Shown here: positions 28,001-35,017 of the stretch, piece after piece
Layout: every line of letters begins with the position of its first letter
Position numbering within the stretch: the stretch's first letter is position 1
DNA from: a virus
Lineage: Duplodnaviria > Caudoviricetes
Strand: one strand, 5' to 3'
Length of the DNA: 35,017 bases
Virus record (IMG/VR): IMGVR_UViG_3300021476_000016
Span: 1 to 35,017 of that record
Translations under genes and position numbers: made by a program
The notes under the pieces: generated by a model
Told to the model about the DNA's origin: nothing
The model's input: only the letters and a program-made list of their open reading frames with translations
The model's database searches: none

Positions 28001-28411
28001 GCAGGCTTAATGTGGATGGGAAGTGAGTTTTTGAATGCTGACTTGTGGAATTTTACGCTAGCTCAGGCTGCTATGCCTTACAGTTTGAGTATGGCAACTA
28101 TGGGAAAGAATGCTTACAATGTAGGAACAAGTGAGGTGGAACACCTCGTAGGTGACCTATTTCAAACTGGGGAGCCTAAATTCCACAAGCAGCAACGACA
28201 AGAGGCGTGGAAACAATTTGAAAGAGACCTTTCACCGTTTACTCCTGGAGGAAACTTCTTCTGGTCCGATGTACCACATTTGACGGATGATCAGGCGTTA
28301 ACGTGGTTCCTAGGATTTAGGCCAAAAGCTAGCGAGTATGATGCTATTTTGGAGCAAAGAAGACAGGAGAAACGTGCGACAAAGCCTTTAAAGGCTTATG
28401 GTGAGCAATGA
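25040..28411 (+). CDS. Large putative internal virion / DNA ejection protein
   Basis: 1123 aa; Ala/Gly-rich hydrophobic N-terminal helices and helical C-terminus; last structural position as in podoviruses. Confidence 0.7.
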   Translation: MTGEEEFNDPFQLLKAEAEPVPAQGAKRFVQLGVKGATLGLLGPKTPARTIPESLTEFAGSVPTIAAVSSVAGPTVGAGLRALKLPLGATGARIAAAGLTGAATGALEGAREGKIGSEAAKSAAIFAATETGILGVGKALASLKAAPATRTVIEDGPGRAAALQSATQRAPDLPPVQAELPLGEVPGKQQSFDFYPAPFVKSKTFTNYRDEYGAPLGPDVLATQGSEEIRKGIKIEQEFQKTLPRGRFEGVESNYRSALEKQQAELIDQHFERGIDPASGLPTLTPKTDLGVQALNKAILERPSQLELPLTNEQMSLLTTEPSVRAKFDIEKERAPLLTGELVKQPEEVVERIIEADPVVPVNRLISISELAQRPTVQEAIQDVKKALGEAPEDARFVRYKPGTPKSPNVESIVEHYAPFAEQPKFEGPPKFEKPPGFKEKNKFIEQQKKLGTDVSGLEGKPPISGSSDVEVLNLGDPTEVGPNVATSRAKTGILGYVRVARKAWGDEFGVKVIDPILRENIKVENFKNKAYREALDIIKPLVIGPIEQFKNRLWGLPQHISERLETLIRQTDTNGRYIGPTGSVTDVEKTTVEGLRKWFNKYGEKFGVDPDLWINYYRQLLKDRPGGILRTPIGSPLDEQFRARLKTGKNEAFYNEFERKGTILQSAPTISDSIRSFINAGTRSTMLKPYLELMDIQANNYFNPRLAKTPVGDIVITNDKVGFQLWKEFKDTLLGGVTPTDVALTNSLQRFGNLFGKQISPRAAYQISQTLSSLSYGGAMGSPLGGRPGTIIRRILHTVPSFSELGAKFTMIGLKDGMKPGQLARYQEKGLISSPWENLLRQMDIASKTGRVVNETTKASLQLFTAIDHYMRVATLAGSEAKFKDYITRGAFEKLGMRRALKDELRPLVAAGKTEEAMDRYMFENIANLQYIYERAARPALMKGAVGNLLNMFMTFPLNTMELWGTFGKRAIEGDPMPLARLMMSTAGLMWMGSEFLNADLWNFTLAQAAMPYSLSMATMGKNAYNVGTSEVEHLVGDLFQTGEPKFHKQQRQEAWKQFERDLSPFTPGGNFFWSDVPHLTDDQALTWFLGFRPKASEYDAILEQRRQEKRATKPLKAYGEQ

Positions 28412-29688
28412 GAATTGGATTTGTAGATAACTCTGGTTCACTCTTCTCGGTCGCCTGGCATGTGAAAGGAGAGGGGCATGGCGTACGGTACGTCATCCAA
28501 GAAGAAGCCGAAGAAGAAAAAGTAATCGGGGAGGGACTCGTGGAGCATACTACGCTCGACGAGTTAATCAAATGGAATCCGGACGCAATTCTGACTTACA
28601 AAAGTTCTAAGGCGGCCGAGAAGCTTACAAAAGCAAAGATTCCAAATTTCGGCTCATCACAATGGGCTGACAAACTCGAGGATGACCGACTTTACGCAGC
28701 TAACATTGTTAAGGAGTATAGCTCAGGTGTGCTTCCAGACACTCATAAGTTTAATAGTGCAGAAGAAGCTCGAGACTTCTTACATGAAAGTGGAAAAAGG
28801 CACGACTGGGTCTTCAAGGCAGATGGCGCGGGCGGCGTTGACGTGTCTACGACGCATGTTACAAAGTCAAGAGACCACTTGCTTGCTGTCCTTGATTACG
28901 AAGAGCAAAGGGGTAGCAAACGTTTCGTGTTGCAACAGAAAGTTGAAGGAGTCGAAGTCGACATCGAAGGATGGTACGACTACGAGCATGGTTGGCTCAT
29001 GCCCATTAACTCGACTCTTGAACGCAAGTACCTTATGTCTGGTGATAATGGACCAATGTCTGGCTGTATGGGCAGTATCGTCTGGCCGTGGAAAGGGGAC
29101 AGACCGCTTCTATTTCGTCAGACGATCGAACACCTCACACCCTTTTTAGAGAAGATAAAATACCGTGGGCCACTTAGTCAAAATAACATTATTGACTTTA
29201 AATCTCGTAAGCCTCATTGGCTTGAATTTACCCCACGACTGGGTTGGAACGCATTTGAAGCCCTCATGTATGGATATATTGGATCAATTGGTGAATTTAT
29301 CGTCAACTTCGCTAAAGGACAAGCTCAACCAATGCGATTTAGAGGGTCTTACTGTGGAGCAATACGAGTGTATTGTCCGGCTGCTCCGAATATACCAGTC
29401 TTTGCGCCCCTCAGAGAAGACTCCCGTTTTTATCCTAAAGACTTGTGGAGTACAGGTGCAGACGATGAACGACAGCTTTTCACCGTAGGTTGTGAAGCAC
29501 TTAATGGATTTACACCCATTTTGGAGTGTTGTGCCGTGGGTGATTCTGTCAAGGAAGTTACAAGAGAATTGTATGAAGATGTAATTCCTCAAATCGAGGT
29601 TACAGATATCACGTTTAGGGATGACATAGGAGAGCAAGCGTGCAAGGATCTTGAAATGTTGAAAAATTGGGGGTACGTCGTTGAGTAG
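28408..29688 (+). CDS. Divergent PurD-like ATP-grasp ligase
   Basis: LE.DR.YA, VFKADG, QQKVEGVE, GDNGPMSGCMG (PurD GDxGPNTGGMG), LEFTPRLG (PurD EFNxRFG), FRDDIG; the GGREHA motif is absent. Confidence 0.8.
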   Translation: MRIGFVDNSGSLFSVAWHVKGEGHGVRYVIQEEAEEEKVIGEGLVEHTTLDELIKWNPDAILTYKSSKAAEKLTKAKIPNFGSSQWADKLEDDRLYAANIVKEYSSGVLPDTHKFNSAEEARDFLHESGKRHDWVFKADGAGGVDVSTTHVTKSRDHLLAVLDYEEQRGSKRFVLQQKVEGVEVDIEGWYDYEHGWLMPINSTLERKYLMSGDNGPMSGCMGSIVWPWKGDRPLLFRQTIEHLTPFLEKIKYRGPLSQNNIIDFKSRKPHWLEFTPRLGWNAFEALMYGYIGSIGEFIVNFAKGQAQPMRFRGSYCGAIRVYCPAAPNIPVFAPLREDSRFYPKDLWSTGADDERQLFTVGCEALNGFTPILECCAVGDSVKEVTRELYEDVIPQIEVTDITFRDDIGEQACKDLEMLKNWGYVVE

Positions 29689-30199
29689 CTTAACTGAGCG
29701 AATCGTAGAGATTCAAAGTCCTAACAAAAGCGCCCGTGCTCATAGGAGTATTGTGAATGCACTTATACTCCACGATACGGATTCCAAGACTGCTAAAGCG
29801 GCTTTGGATTGGTTCAGGGATGAGTCAAGTAAGGTGTCAAGTCATTATGTCGTCGGAAAGGATGGAACTATCTATAGATGCGTACCGGAGGCTGAAAAAG
29901 CGTGGCACGCAGGTGAAAGTTCATTGTTCGGTGAAGAGGATGTAAATGAGTTCAGTATTGGAATCGAGATCGTAAATGATGAGGCTAATGACCCTTATGT
30001 AGAGGAGCAATTAACTGCGTTGTTCGAGTTGTGTGAAGACATTATCTATAGATATAAGATTCCTATGAACAGAATTGTAGGACATCGGGACATAGCTGTC
30101 CCGCATGGACGGAAAATTGATCCAGTGAACTTTCCGTGGTTTGACTTTCTACTTACACTGGCGAGTCGCGTAACAGAAAAGGAGTTAAGTGGCGAATGA
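29681..30199 (+). CDS. N-acetylmuramoyl-L-alanine amidase (Amidase_2), endolysin
   Basis: ILHDT, VSSHY, AWHAG, N..SIGIE and GHRD...RKIDP zinc-amidase motifs. Confidence 0.9.
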   Translation: MSSLTERIVEIQSPNKSARAHRSIVNALILHDTDSKTAKAALDWFRDESSKVSSHYVVGKDGTIYRCVPEAEKAWHAGESSLFGEEDVNEFSIGIEIVNDEANDPYVEEQLTALFELCEDIIYRYKIPMNRIVGHRDIAVPHGRKIDPVNFPWFDFLLTLASRVTEKELSGE

Positions 30200-30384
30200 G
30201 AATCGAAAAAACAATCACACTAGGTGGAATTATAAATCTCATAGTGATTGTAACTTCTGCAATTAGTTTATATATTGGAATTGTTACACGCATTACTAAT
30301 TTAGAAGTTAAAGTAGATACCATGTGGTCTGTGTTTATAAATCATCTTAACAGGTCAGAAGTACCTCTAGCTTCTGATCACTAA
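30196..30384 (+). CDS. Small single-TM protein, holin/antiholin-like
   Basis: One TM helix plus short coiled coil; ATGA overlap with the amidase. Confidence 0.6.
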   Translation: MRIEKTITLGGIINLIVIVTSAISLYIGIVTRITNLEVKVDTMWSVFINHLNRSEVPLASDH

Positions 30385-30400
30385 AAAAGAGGAGGTCCGA

Positions 30401-30625
30401 ATGCAAGTTAGCTTCCATCCAAAAAATATCGCGCAGATCGAGTCGACCTTCACAGGTGTACTAGGCGCGGGGGCCGTAGCGTGGTGTGGTGCGACAGGAG
30501 GACACCTTTCAGATCCTAACACGTGGGTTCCAGCAGTAATCATTGCAGTTATGGGAGCATGTCTCAAAGTCTCACAAGGAGGCAACGATGAGAAAGCTGG
30601 CAGTAATCCTAGCAGTGGTCATTAG
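30401..30625 (+). CDS. Small two-TM protein, putative holin
   Basis: GAGGAGG SD; two hydrophobic segments; in the lysis cluster. Confidence 0.55.
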   Translation: MQVSFHPKNIAQIESTFTGVLGAGAVAWCGATGGHLSDPNTWVPAVIIAVMGACLKVSQGGNDEKAGSNPSSGH

Positions 30626-30908
30626 CGGATGCGCGTCGTCTGGGCAATACGACCCTGCGGTCGCACAACGTGTCGCAGCTGATGGACGCTGCGTCCTACA
30701 GCTCGCAATCGACGGAGTCTCGATCTACGGAAACCCACCTGCCGGGTCCGCAATCACGGCAGCGCATATCGTCAATACAGTCGAACACGCAACCACCATG
30801 ACACAGACAGCTGCTGACGCTTGCGGACCTACGCTTCAATACGTCAACTACGACATAAAGGCGTTGAAAGCAAAAGTGGACGCCTGGAAGGCTGCACACA
30901 AACGTTGA
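30588..30908 (+). CDS. Lipoprotein, possible spanin component
   Basis: AAGGAGG SD before the ATG at 30588; MRKLAVILAVVISG|C lipobox; in the lysis cluster. Confidence 0.7.
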   Translation: MRKLAVILAVVISGCASSGQYDPAVAQRVAADGRCVLQLAIDGVSIYGNPPAGSAITAAHIVNTVEHATTMTQTAADACGPTLQYVNYDIKALKAKVDAWKAAHKR

Positions 30909-30924
30909 AAGCGAGATAGAAGCG

Positions 30925-31146
30925 ATGATAACAGCGTGGACGGCGTGGTTTCTGGGTAGTATTCTTGTATTCGCAATACTCGAATCTTACGCGCTCAAAA
31001 CAGGTAGGTTAACACTATCTAGATATACCTATGACATAGGTGCTCACTGGCCTCTATTTCTGGTTCTGTGGGGAATGGTAACTGGTGGACTCGCTGTCCA
31101 CTTCTTCTGGCATTGGTGTCCGCCAGGTAGCGTTAGCGGAGGTTAG
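30925..31146 (+). CDS. Small two-TM membrane protein
   Basis: Two hydrophobic helices, TLS and HFFW motifs; last rightward gene, its stop overlaps the convergent gene's stop. Confidence 0.7.
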   Translation: MITAWTAWFLGSILVFAILESYALKTGRLTLSRYTYDIGAHWPLFLVLWGMVTGGLAVHFFWHWCPPGSVSGG

Positions 31147-32333
31147 CGATTTAGCTCCTCCTTGTTCAGTTTGTAACTAAAGTCGTTACCTTCTTTAGTT
31201 ACTTTGATGGTGTTTTCTGTATGAAGCGAAGCTTCAAGTACCACAAGTTCGTCAAGACCTATTTTAAGCCACTTGAGAGCTGTCCGCCTGGAGGAAAATC
31301 CTCCACTCCTTCGTAATAAATCAATGAGTCGCGCTCTATTTTGAGCATAGACGTTGGTGCTAACCCAGTTGGTGACCCTGGAAAACTCTGGAAGTTGTCT
31401 CTCGATAAAAGTGATGCCACCCGCCATATGACTTTTGTCAAGAACCAAACTATCCGAACGACTAACGGAAATGAGCATGGCCACTTTGAGAGCGGTGTCA
31501 TGGCATCGCTCGTAAAATGCGTCAACATGTGGGTCGCCTCCTTCTTTGTTTGAGAGAGCAAGATACCATTCTTCAAAAAAATCATAAGCCTCGGGAGTCA
31601 CGGTAAATTCACCCTGCAATGTTGCAATATAACCTAAGTCATTTTTAAGTAATTCACGTTTTTCATTATCCTCGTCAGTCAACTTAGGCCAGGCTATTGC
31701 TTTTCTTTTATCTCTTGCTGTAATAAATAGCATACGTCCTGTAAGACCTGCGACCGCATCCTCCGGTAATACTTTGAGATTCCTCGGATCTGTAGCCGCA
31801 AGAAGAACAGGATACATATTTCGCAAAACCTTACGACCTTGTCCAGAAGTAATATGATTATAGTCGTCGTCACAATTGTAACCTTCAGTAAGCAACGTCG
31901 CCATGCGCGAAGCGGCATTCTTGTCATGACCAAAGAGCGTAGCCAATTCATCTGCGTGTATAAAGACGTGAGAGTCGTACATAACGCCCCCGCGCCCACC
32001 CTCTTTGACCACAGTTTTAGCACGATTCATCTCCGTTACGAGACCTTCGCTCGTCATTTTGCCTTTTAGATAGTAACCATCAGAGACAGAGTCATTAAAT
32101 AGCTTCACAGCAATATTCATAGCAGAGGACTTCCTTATACGTGCGCTTTCTGCAACGATGAGCACGTACAAGTTAGGAAATAATTTGTAATAACCGCGAT
32201 TAAGCCATACTTGACGTTTTAGAGACGCAGACAGTACAGTAAATCCACACCAAAGATGAAGTTTTTCCGGACTCTCTTGATTCGACGTATACTCAAGATA
32301 ACTGTCGATCCAGTCTTTGAGTTTACGGGGCAC
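31143..32333 (-). CDS. DUF3987-like P-loop ATPase, putative replicative helicase
   Basis: WI..YL.YT...ESP...HLW N-terminus, PNLYVLIVAESARIRKSS Walker A variant, DEL Walker B, GL..R; downstream of the polymerase. Confidence 0.75.
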   Translation of the reverse strand: MPRKLKDWIDSYLEYTSNQESPEKLHLWCGFTVLSASLKRQVWLNRGYYKLFPNLYVLIVAESARIRKSSAMNIAVKLFNDSVSDGYYLKGKMTSEGLVTEMNRAKTVVKEGGRGGVMYDSHVFIHADELATLFGHDKNAASRMATLLTEGYNCDDDYNHITSGQGRKVLRNMYPVLLAATDPRNLKVLPEDAVAGLTGRMLFITARDKRKAIAWPKLTDEDNEKRELLKNDLGYIATLQGEFTVTPEAYDFFEEWYLALSNKEGGDPHVDAFYERCHDTALKVAMLISVSRSDSLVLDKSHMAGGITFIERQLPEFSRVTNWVSTNVYAQNRARLIDLLRRSGGFSSRRTALKWLKIGLDELVVLEASLHTENTIKVTKEGNDFSYKLNKEELNR

Positions 32334-32338
32334 ATTTC

Positions 32339-32554
32339 TTAACCTTTCTCAGGAGGCGTTTCTAGCTCTGTACGTGCATCACCTTTTAACAAGTGAATTG
32401 CAATAGCGGATCGAATTAAATCGATCCAACGTTGCCCTTGGCATTTACAAACATAGCCTTCGTTAGTACGCTCGTTCATAGCGTCACCTACAACATAAAC
32501 ATTACGTTGAATTTCAAAGAGGTACTCACCACAGTTAGGACAGTTTATAGGCAT
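32339..32554 (-). CDS. Small zinc-ribbon protein
   Basis: MPINCPNCG...CKC; ATG at 32554 with AAGG upstream (track start 32602 overlaps the previous gene). Confidence 0.6.
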   Translation of the reverse strand: MPINCPNCGEYLFEIQRNVYVVGDAMNERTNEGYVCKCQGQRWIDLIRSAIAIHLLKGDARTELETPPEKG

Positions 32555-32565
32555 TTGCCTTAATC

Positions 32566-32802
32566 TTACTGACATATGGCACCATAATACTCTACAACAC
32601 ATATCTCACGTGGACCAGTACCACCTCTAAAATCAGGATCAGAGCGAACGCTCCATAGACCTGTAATAGTACGAAAACAACCTCTGCCACCAACTTCGTC
32701 GCACTCCTTTTGAATTACATAGATACCACAACCACCTAGGAGTAACGCGGTAAGCGCGAATCCAAGTAGACCATGAAGACTTTTCGTGCACACTCTTCGC
32801 AT
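32566..32802 (-). CDS. Small putative lipoprotein
   Basis: AAGGAG SD; basic N-terminus, hydrophobic stretch, LLLGG|C. Confidence 0.55.
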   Translation of the reverse strand: MRRVCTKSLHGLLGFALTALLLGGCGIYVIQKECDEVGGRGCFRTITGLWSVRSDPDFRGGTGPREICVVEYYGAICQ

Positions 32803-32912
32803 ACTTGTCTCCTTCCGTTCTTTTCTATTGTTACGAAGCTTCGATAGTCAACTACGTTATTGTAATTAATGTCTCTAACGTTGATTGCTTCACGACAGAG
32901 ATCGCAAGTCAT
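32736..32912 (-). CDS. 58-aa zinc-finger protein (not in ORF track)
   Basis: Read by hand: MTCDLC...VCEECARK; AAGGGA upstream; fills the apparent gap after the polymerase C-terminal gene. Confidence 0.65.
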   Translation of the reverse strand: MTCDLCREAINVRDINYNNVVDYRSFVTIEKNGRRQVCEECARKVFMVYLDSRLPRYS

Positions 32913-33723
32913 AGTCCCTTAACTCTCCCCATGAAGGTCCTACTTTGAAGTCTCTTGGGATGTCGAGTATTTCATTGTTTATAAGAAGTGGAATTGAGCC
33001 TAATTCGTCCATTCTCTTAACCGCATAGTCGATTGTAGGTTTGTCATCAGGTACAACAGCACCGATGGAGTCGTGAACTTGAAGTTGTACATCAAGACCT
33101 TGACGTCGTATGTTTTGAGGAGTCCAAATTTTGACTTCAGGGAGGTCGTCCTTGAAAACCTCGCAAACACGATACCACCATTTTATAGTCATCAATCCAA
33201 TAGTAGATTGTGCATACCAAGCGTAACCTTTACGTAAAACATCTGGGTCAATCGTTCCGTATTTTATAAGATCATAGAAGCGCCGATGCCATCCTAGTGG
33301 ATTCTCTAATGTATGAGTACGTGTTAGCTCCTCACGAATCCACCGATGATAATTACCTCGAATTTCGGGAAATAATGTATGATACATGTCTTGTAATATA
33401 CGGGCGTACTTCACAGGTAGCCCCGTAATGAGGGAATACTTCATAACACCCATGTCATAGTTGTTTGCGTGAACTGTTCGTTTAGAAAGTTCTCTTTCCT
33501 TAGACTCTTTGGGAATTTCTTGCCAGGGACATGTCATCCATAAGCCGCTTGGCATTTGTAACTTAGAATCTTGCACAACCTTACCAATCATTTTTGCGAC
33601 GTTTAGATGTACATCCTTTTTTTGCTCAAACCAAGTTTTAAGGAACGGAACCGGCCCGCGCCAAGCGACTACCATAGCCTCGGCTTGTTTGTAATCGCCG
33701 AACACCCAAACTTTTTTAGTCAT
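32890..33723 (-). CDS. polA: Family A DNA polymerase, C-terminal catalytic part (split gene)
   Basis: Motif A GDYKQAE, motif B RELSKRTVHANNY, QST, motif C QVHDS. Confidence 0.92.
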   Translation of the reverse strand: MTKKVWVFGDYKQAEAMVVAWRGPVPFLKTWFEQKKDVHLNVAKMIGKVVQDSKLQMPSGLWMTCPWQEIPKESKERELSKRTVHANNYDMGVMKYSLITGLPVKYARILQDMYHTLFPEIRGNYHRWIREELTRTHTLENPLGWHRRFYDLIKYGTIDPDVLRKGYAWYAQSTIGLMTIKWWYRVCEVFKDDLPEVKIWTPQNIRRQGLDVQLQVHDSIGAVVPDDKPTIDYAVKRMDELGSIPLLINNEILDIPRDFKVGPSWGELRDYDLRSLS

Positions 33724-33800
33724 AGAGTAATACGGGAGGATATTTCATACAATCAACGTCTCCGCACAAACACTCCATAAACCAAATTTTCTTGTAATAT

Positions 33801-35017
33801 TTAATCGGGGGCAAACAGCTCCCTAGCGATGCCAAATCTAGGGACATTTTGTAAATTTGTCCCTGTTCCGAGTATCGATCGAACCGACGTGAGCCTTGCG
33901 GTGTCTGCTCCACCGAGGTTGTAGTGGGTATGCATTCGTCCATCTTCGTCTAACTCCTGATCTATGATGTCACCTTTTAAGTCTATATTATGTCGTAGGT
34001 CGATGATCCATTGTAGAACTTGGTCACCTGTTTTAGATGCGAAAAACTCTAGAGTATGTTTGTCAGTAGTAGGACGACCTGTTTTTTTATTCTTTTTTAC
34101 TTGTAATCCCTTAACCGTGTAAAGCAGCTTATACATTTGAGGTGGCGAATTCACGTTAAGATGCCAACCTAGCCGATTATCAATATCCTTCTGTAAACGC
34201 TCAATATTTTTTATAATTTCCTCGTCTGCTTGTTTTCTTTTTACAGTGTCAATTTTAACACCGTACCATTCGGTACGACATGAGTGTAGAAATGGGTTCA
34301 TATAATATTCTTGGTAAAAGTCCCACAAACCTTCATCATAAAGCTCAGGCTTAATATGATTAATAGCGATATCTAAAGTAACCATACCATCTTTACAATT
34401 ATATTCCCAAAACTTATGGTCTCCGTACACAGGATCGTAGTTTCTTCTATCATCCTTATAATATGGAGTACGAGTGTATTGAGAGTTTATGAATGCCAAA
34501 CCATGGCCAGGCTCATCAAATGTCCTTCTTAAACCGTACATATCAGGTGCTGTTCCACCAAAGTCGGGATACAAACATTGGTGTGCTGTCATAGTATCTA
34601 AAAAGGGTTTTGGTGGGTAAATACCCTGACGCCACATATAAATATACTCGAAGGCGAGATTCTGATTTATTATTTTAATTTCTGGAAGTTGGAACAAACG
34701 TCCAAGTGCTTGCCATATTGAAGATTCCTCATGTTCACTCCAATAAGGCCGACCGCCCCCACGCATAAAAGGAACACAAAGAGCTTGATCAGGGCGAAAA
34801 CAAAGACAAAGACAAGCGATTTCTCCCATTCTGTCTTTTCGCCAGAACATCGTTTCGAGGTCGAAACACAAAAACTCGTGTTTTTTACACTCTTCTACAT
34901 ACTCTATGACTGTACGATAGGACGGTCCGGTAATAGCGTCTCTTTTAGGATAGTCAATTTCAGGAAAGCTGGACTCCTCCTTCGCTCGTACAATGTCGAT
35001 GTACGCCAAAACAGGCT
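33801..35017 (-). CDS. polA: Family A DNA polymerase, N-terminal part (3'-5' exonuclease, thumb); 5' end beyond the window
   Basis: FDLET, QNLAFE, DTM, YNCKD exonuclease motifs; NVNSPPQ, TARLTS, NLQNVP; frame stays open to the window edge (PVLAYID...). Confidence 0.9.
   Translation of the reverse strand, partial: PVLAYIDIVRAKEESSFPEIDYPKRDAITGPSYRTVIEYVEECKKHEFLCFDLETMFWRKDRMGEIACLCLCFRPDQALCVPFMRGGGRPYWSEHEESSIWQALGRLFQLPEIKIINQNLAFEYIYMWRQGIYPPKPFLDTMTAHQCLYPDFGGTAPDMYGLRRTFDEPGHGLAFINSQYTRTPYYKDDRRNYDPVYGDHKFWEYNCKDGMVTLDIAINHIKPELYDEGLWDFYQEYYMNPFLHSCRTEWYGVKIDTVKRKQADEEIIKNIERLQKDIDNRLGWHLNVNSPPQMYKLLYTVKGLQVKKNKKTGRPTTDKHTLEFFASKTGDQVLQWIIDLRHNIDLKGDIIDQELDEDGRMHTHYNLGGADTARLTSVRSILGTGTNLQNVPRFGIARELFAPD

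Noticed and set aside
28408-29688. Calling this gene purD
   Set aside because: Key substrate-binding motifs differ, so no symbol was assigned.
33724-33800. Group I intron or single frameshift in the polymerase
   Set aside because: 77 nt is too short for a ribozyme; the upstream frame stops at 33801 and the downstream frame has a TGA eight codons before its ATG, so one shift cannot join them.
1-35017. Genome-wide amber (TAG) recoding
   Set aside because: Core genes are intact in the standard code and several end at TAG right before the next RBS or start (e.g. 7754, 11243, 17794).
1-35017. Frequent CACGTG palindrome
   Set aside because: Modest excess by eye, plausibly explained by preferred CGT Arg codons after NCA codons; not tested.
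1-35017. tRNA, rRNA, integrase or att sites
   Set aside because: None recognisable by eye; intergenic space is minimal outside 818-1638.

Overview
This window is about 35 kb of a tailed dsDNA phage genome with podovirus-like organisation (no tape measure, tail tube, integrase or RNA polymerase seen). The host is probably diderm. Layout: two leftward small genes; a ~0.75 kb control region with divergent sigma70-like promoters, a 38-bp direct repeat, an AT-rich palindromic tract and 21-bp tandem repeats; a ~29.5 kb rightward late region (TerS, TerL, portal, scaffold, major capsid protein, adaptor, fibre-like proteins, nozzle, GNAT, ejection proteins, PurD-like ATP-grasp enzyme, amidase, lysis genes); and a converging leftward replication module (family A DNA polymerase, DUF3987-like ATPase). 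Most unusual: (1) seven virion-type proteins, including two tail-fibre-like ones, carry Sec-type signal peptides and all have an even number of mature-region cysteines, with an O-antigen-ligase-like membrane enzyme among them, suggesting export, disulfide folding and possibly glycosylation of virion parts; (2) TerL is split into two genes 4.1 kb apart; (3) the polymerase is also split, just before motif A; (4) a chimeric mini-gene carries a synonymously diverged copy of part of the capsid gene; (5) a CGGGCGC motif recurs across the genome. All family calls are by-eye motif recognition, not database searches.
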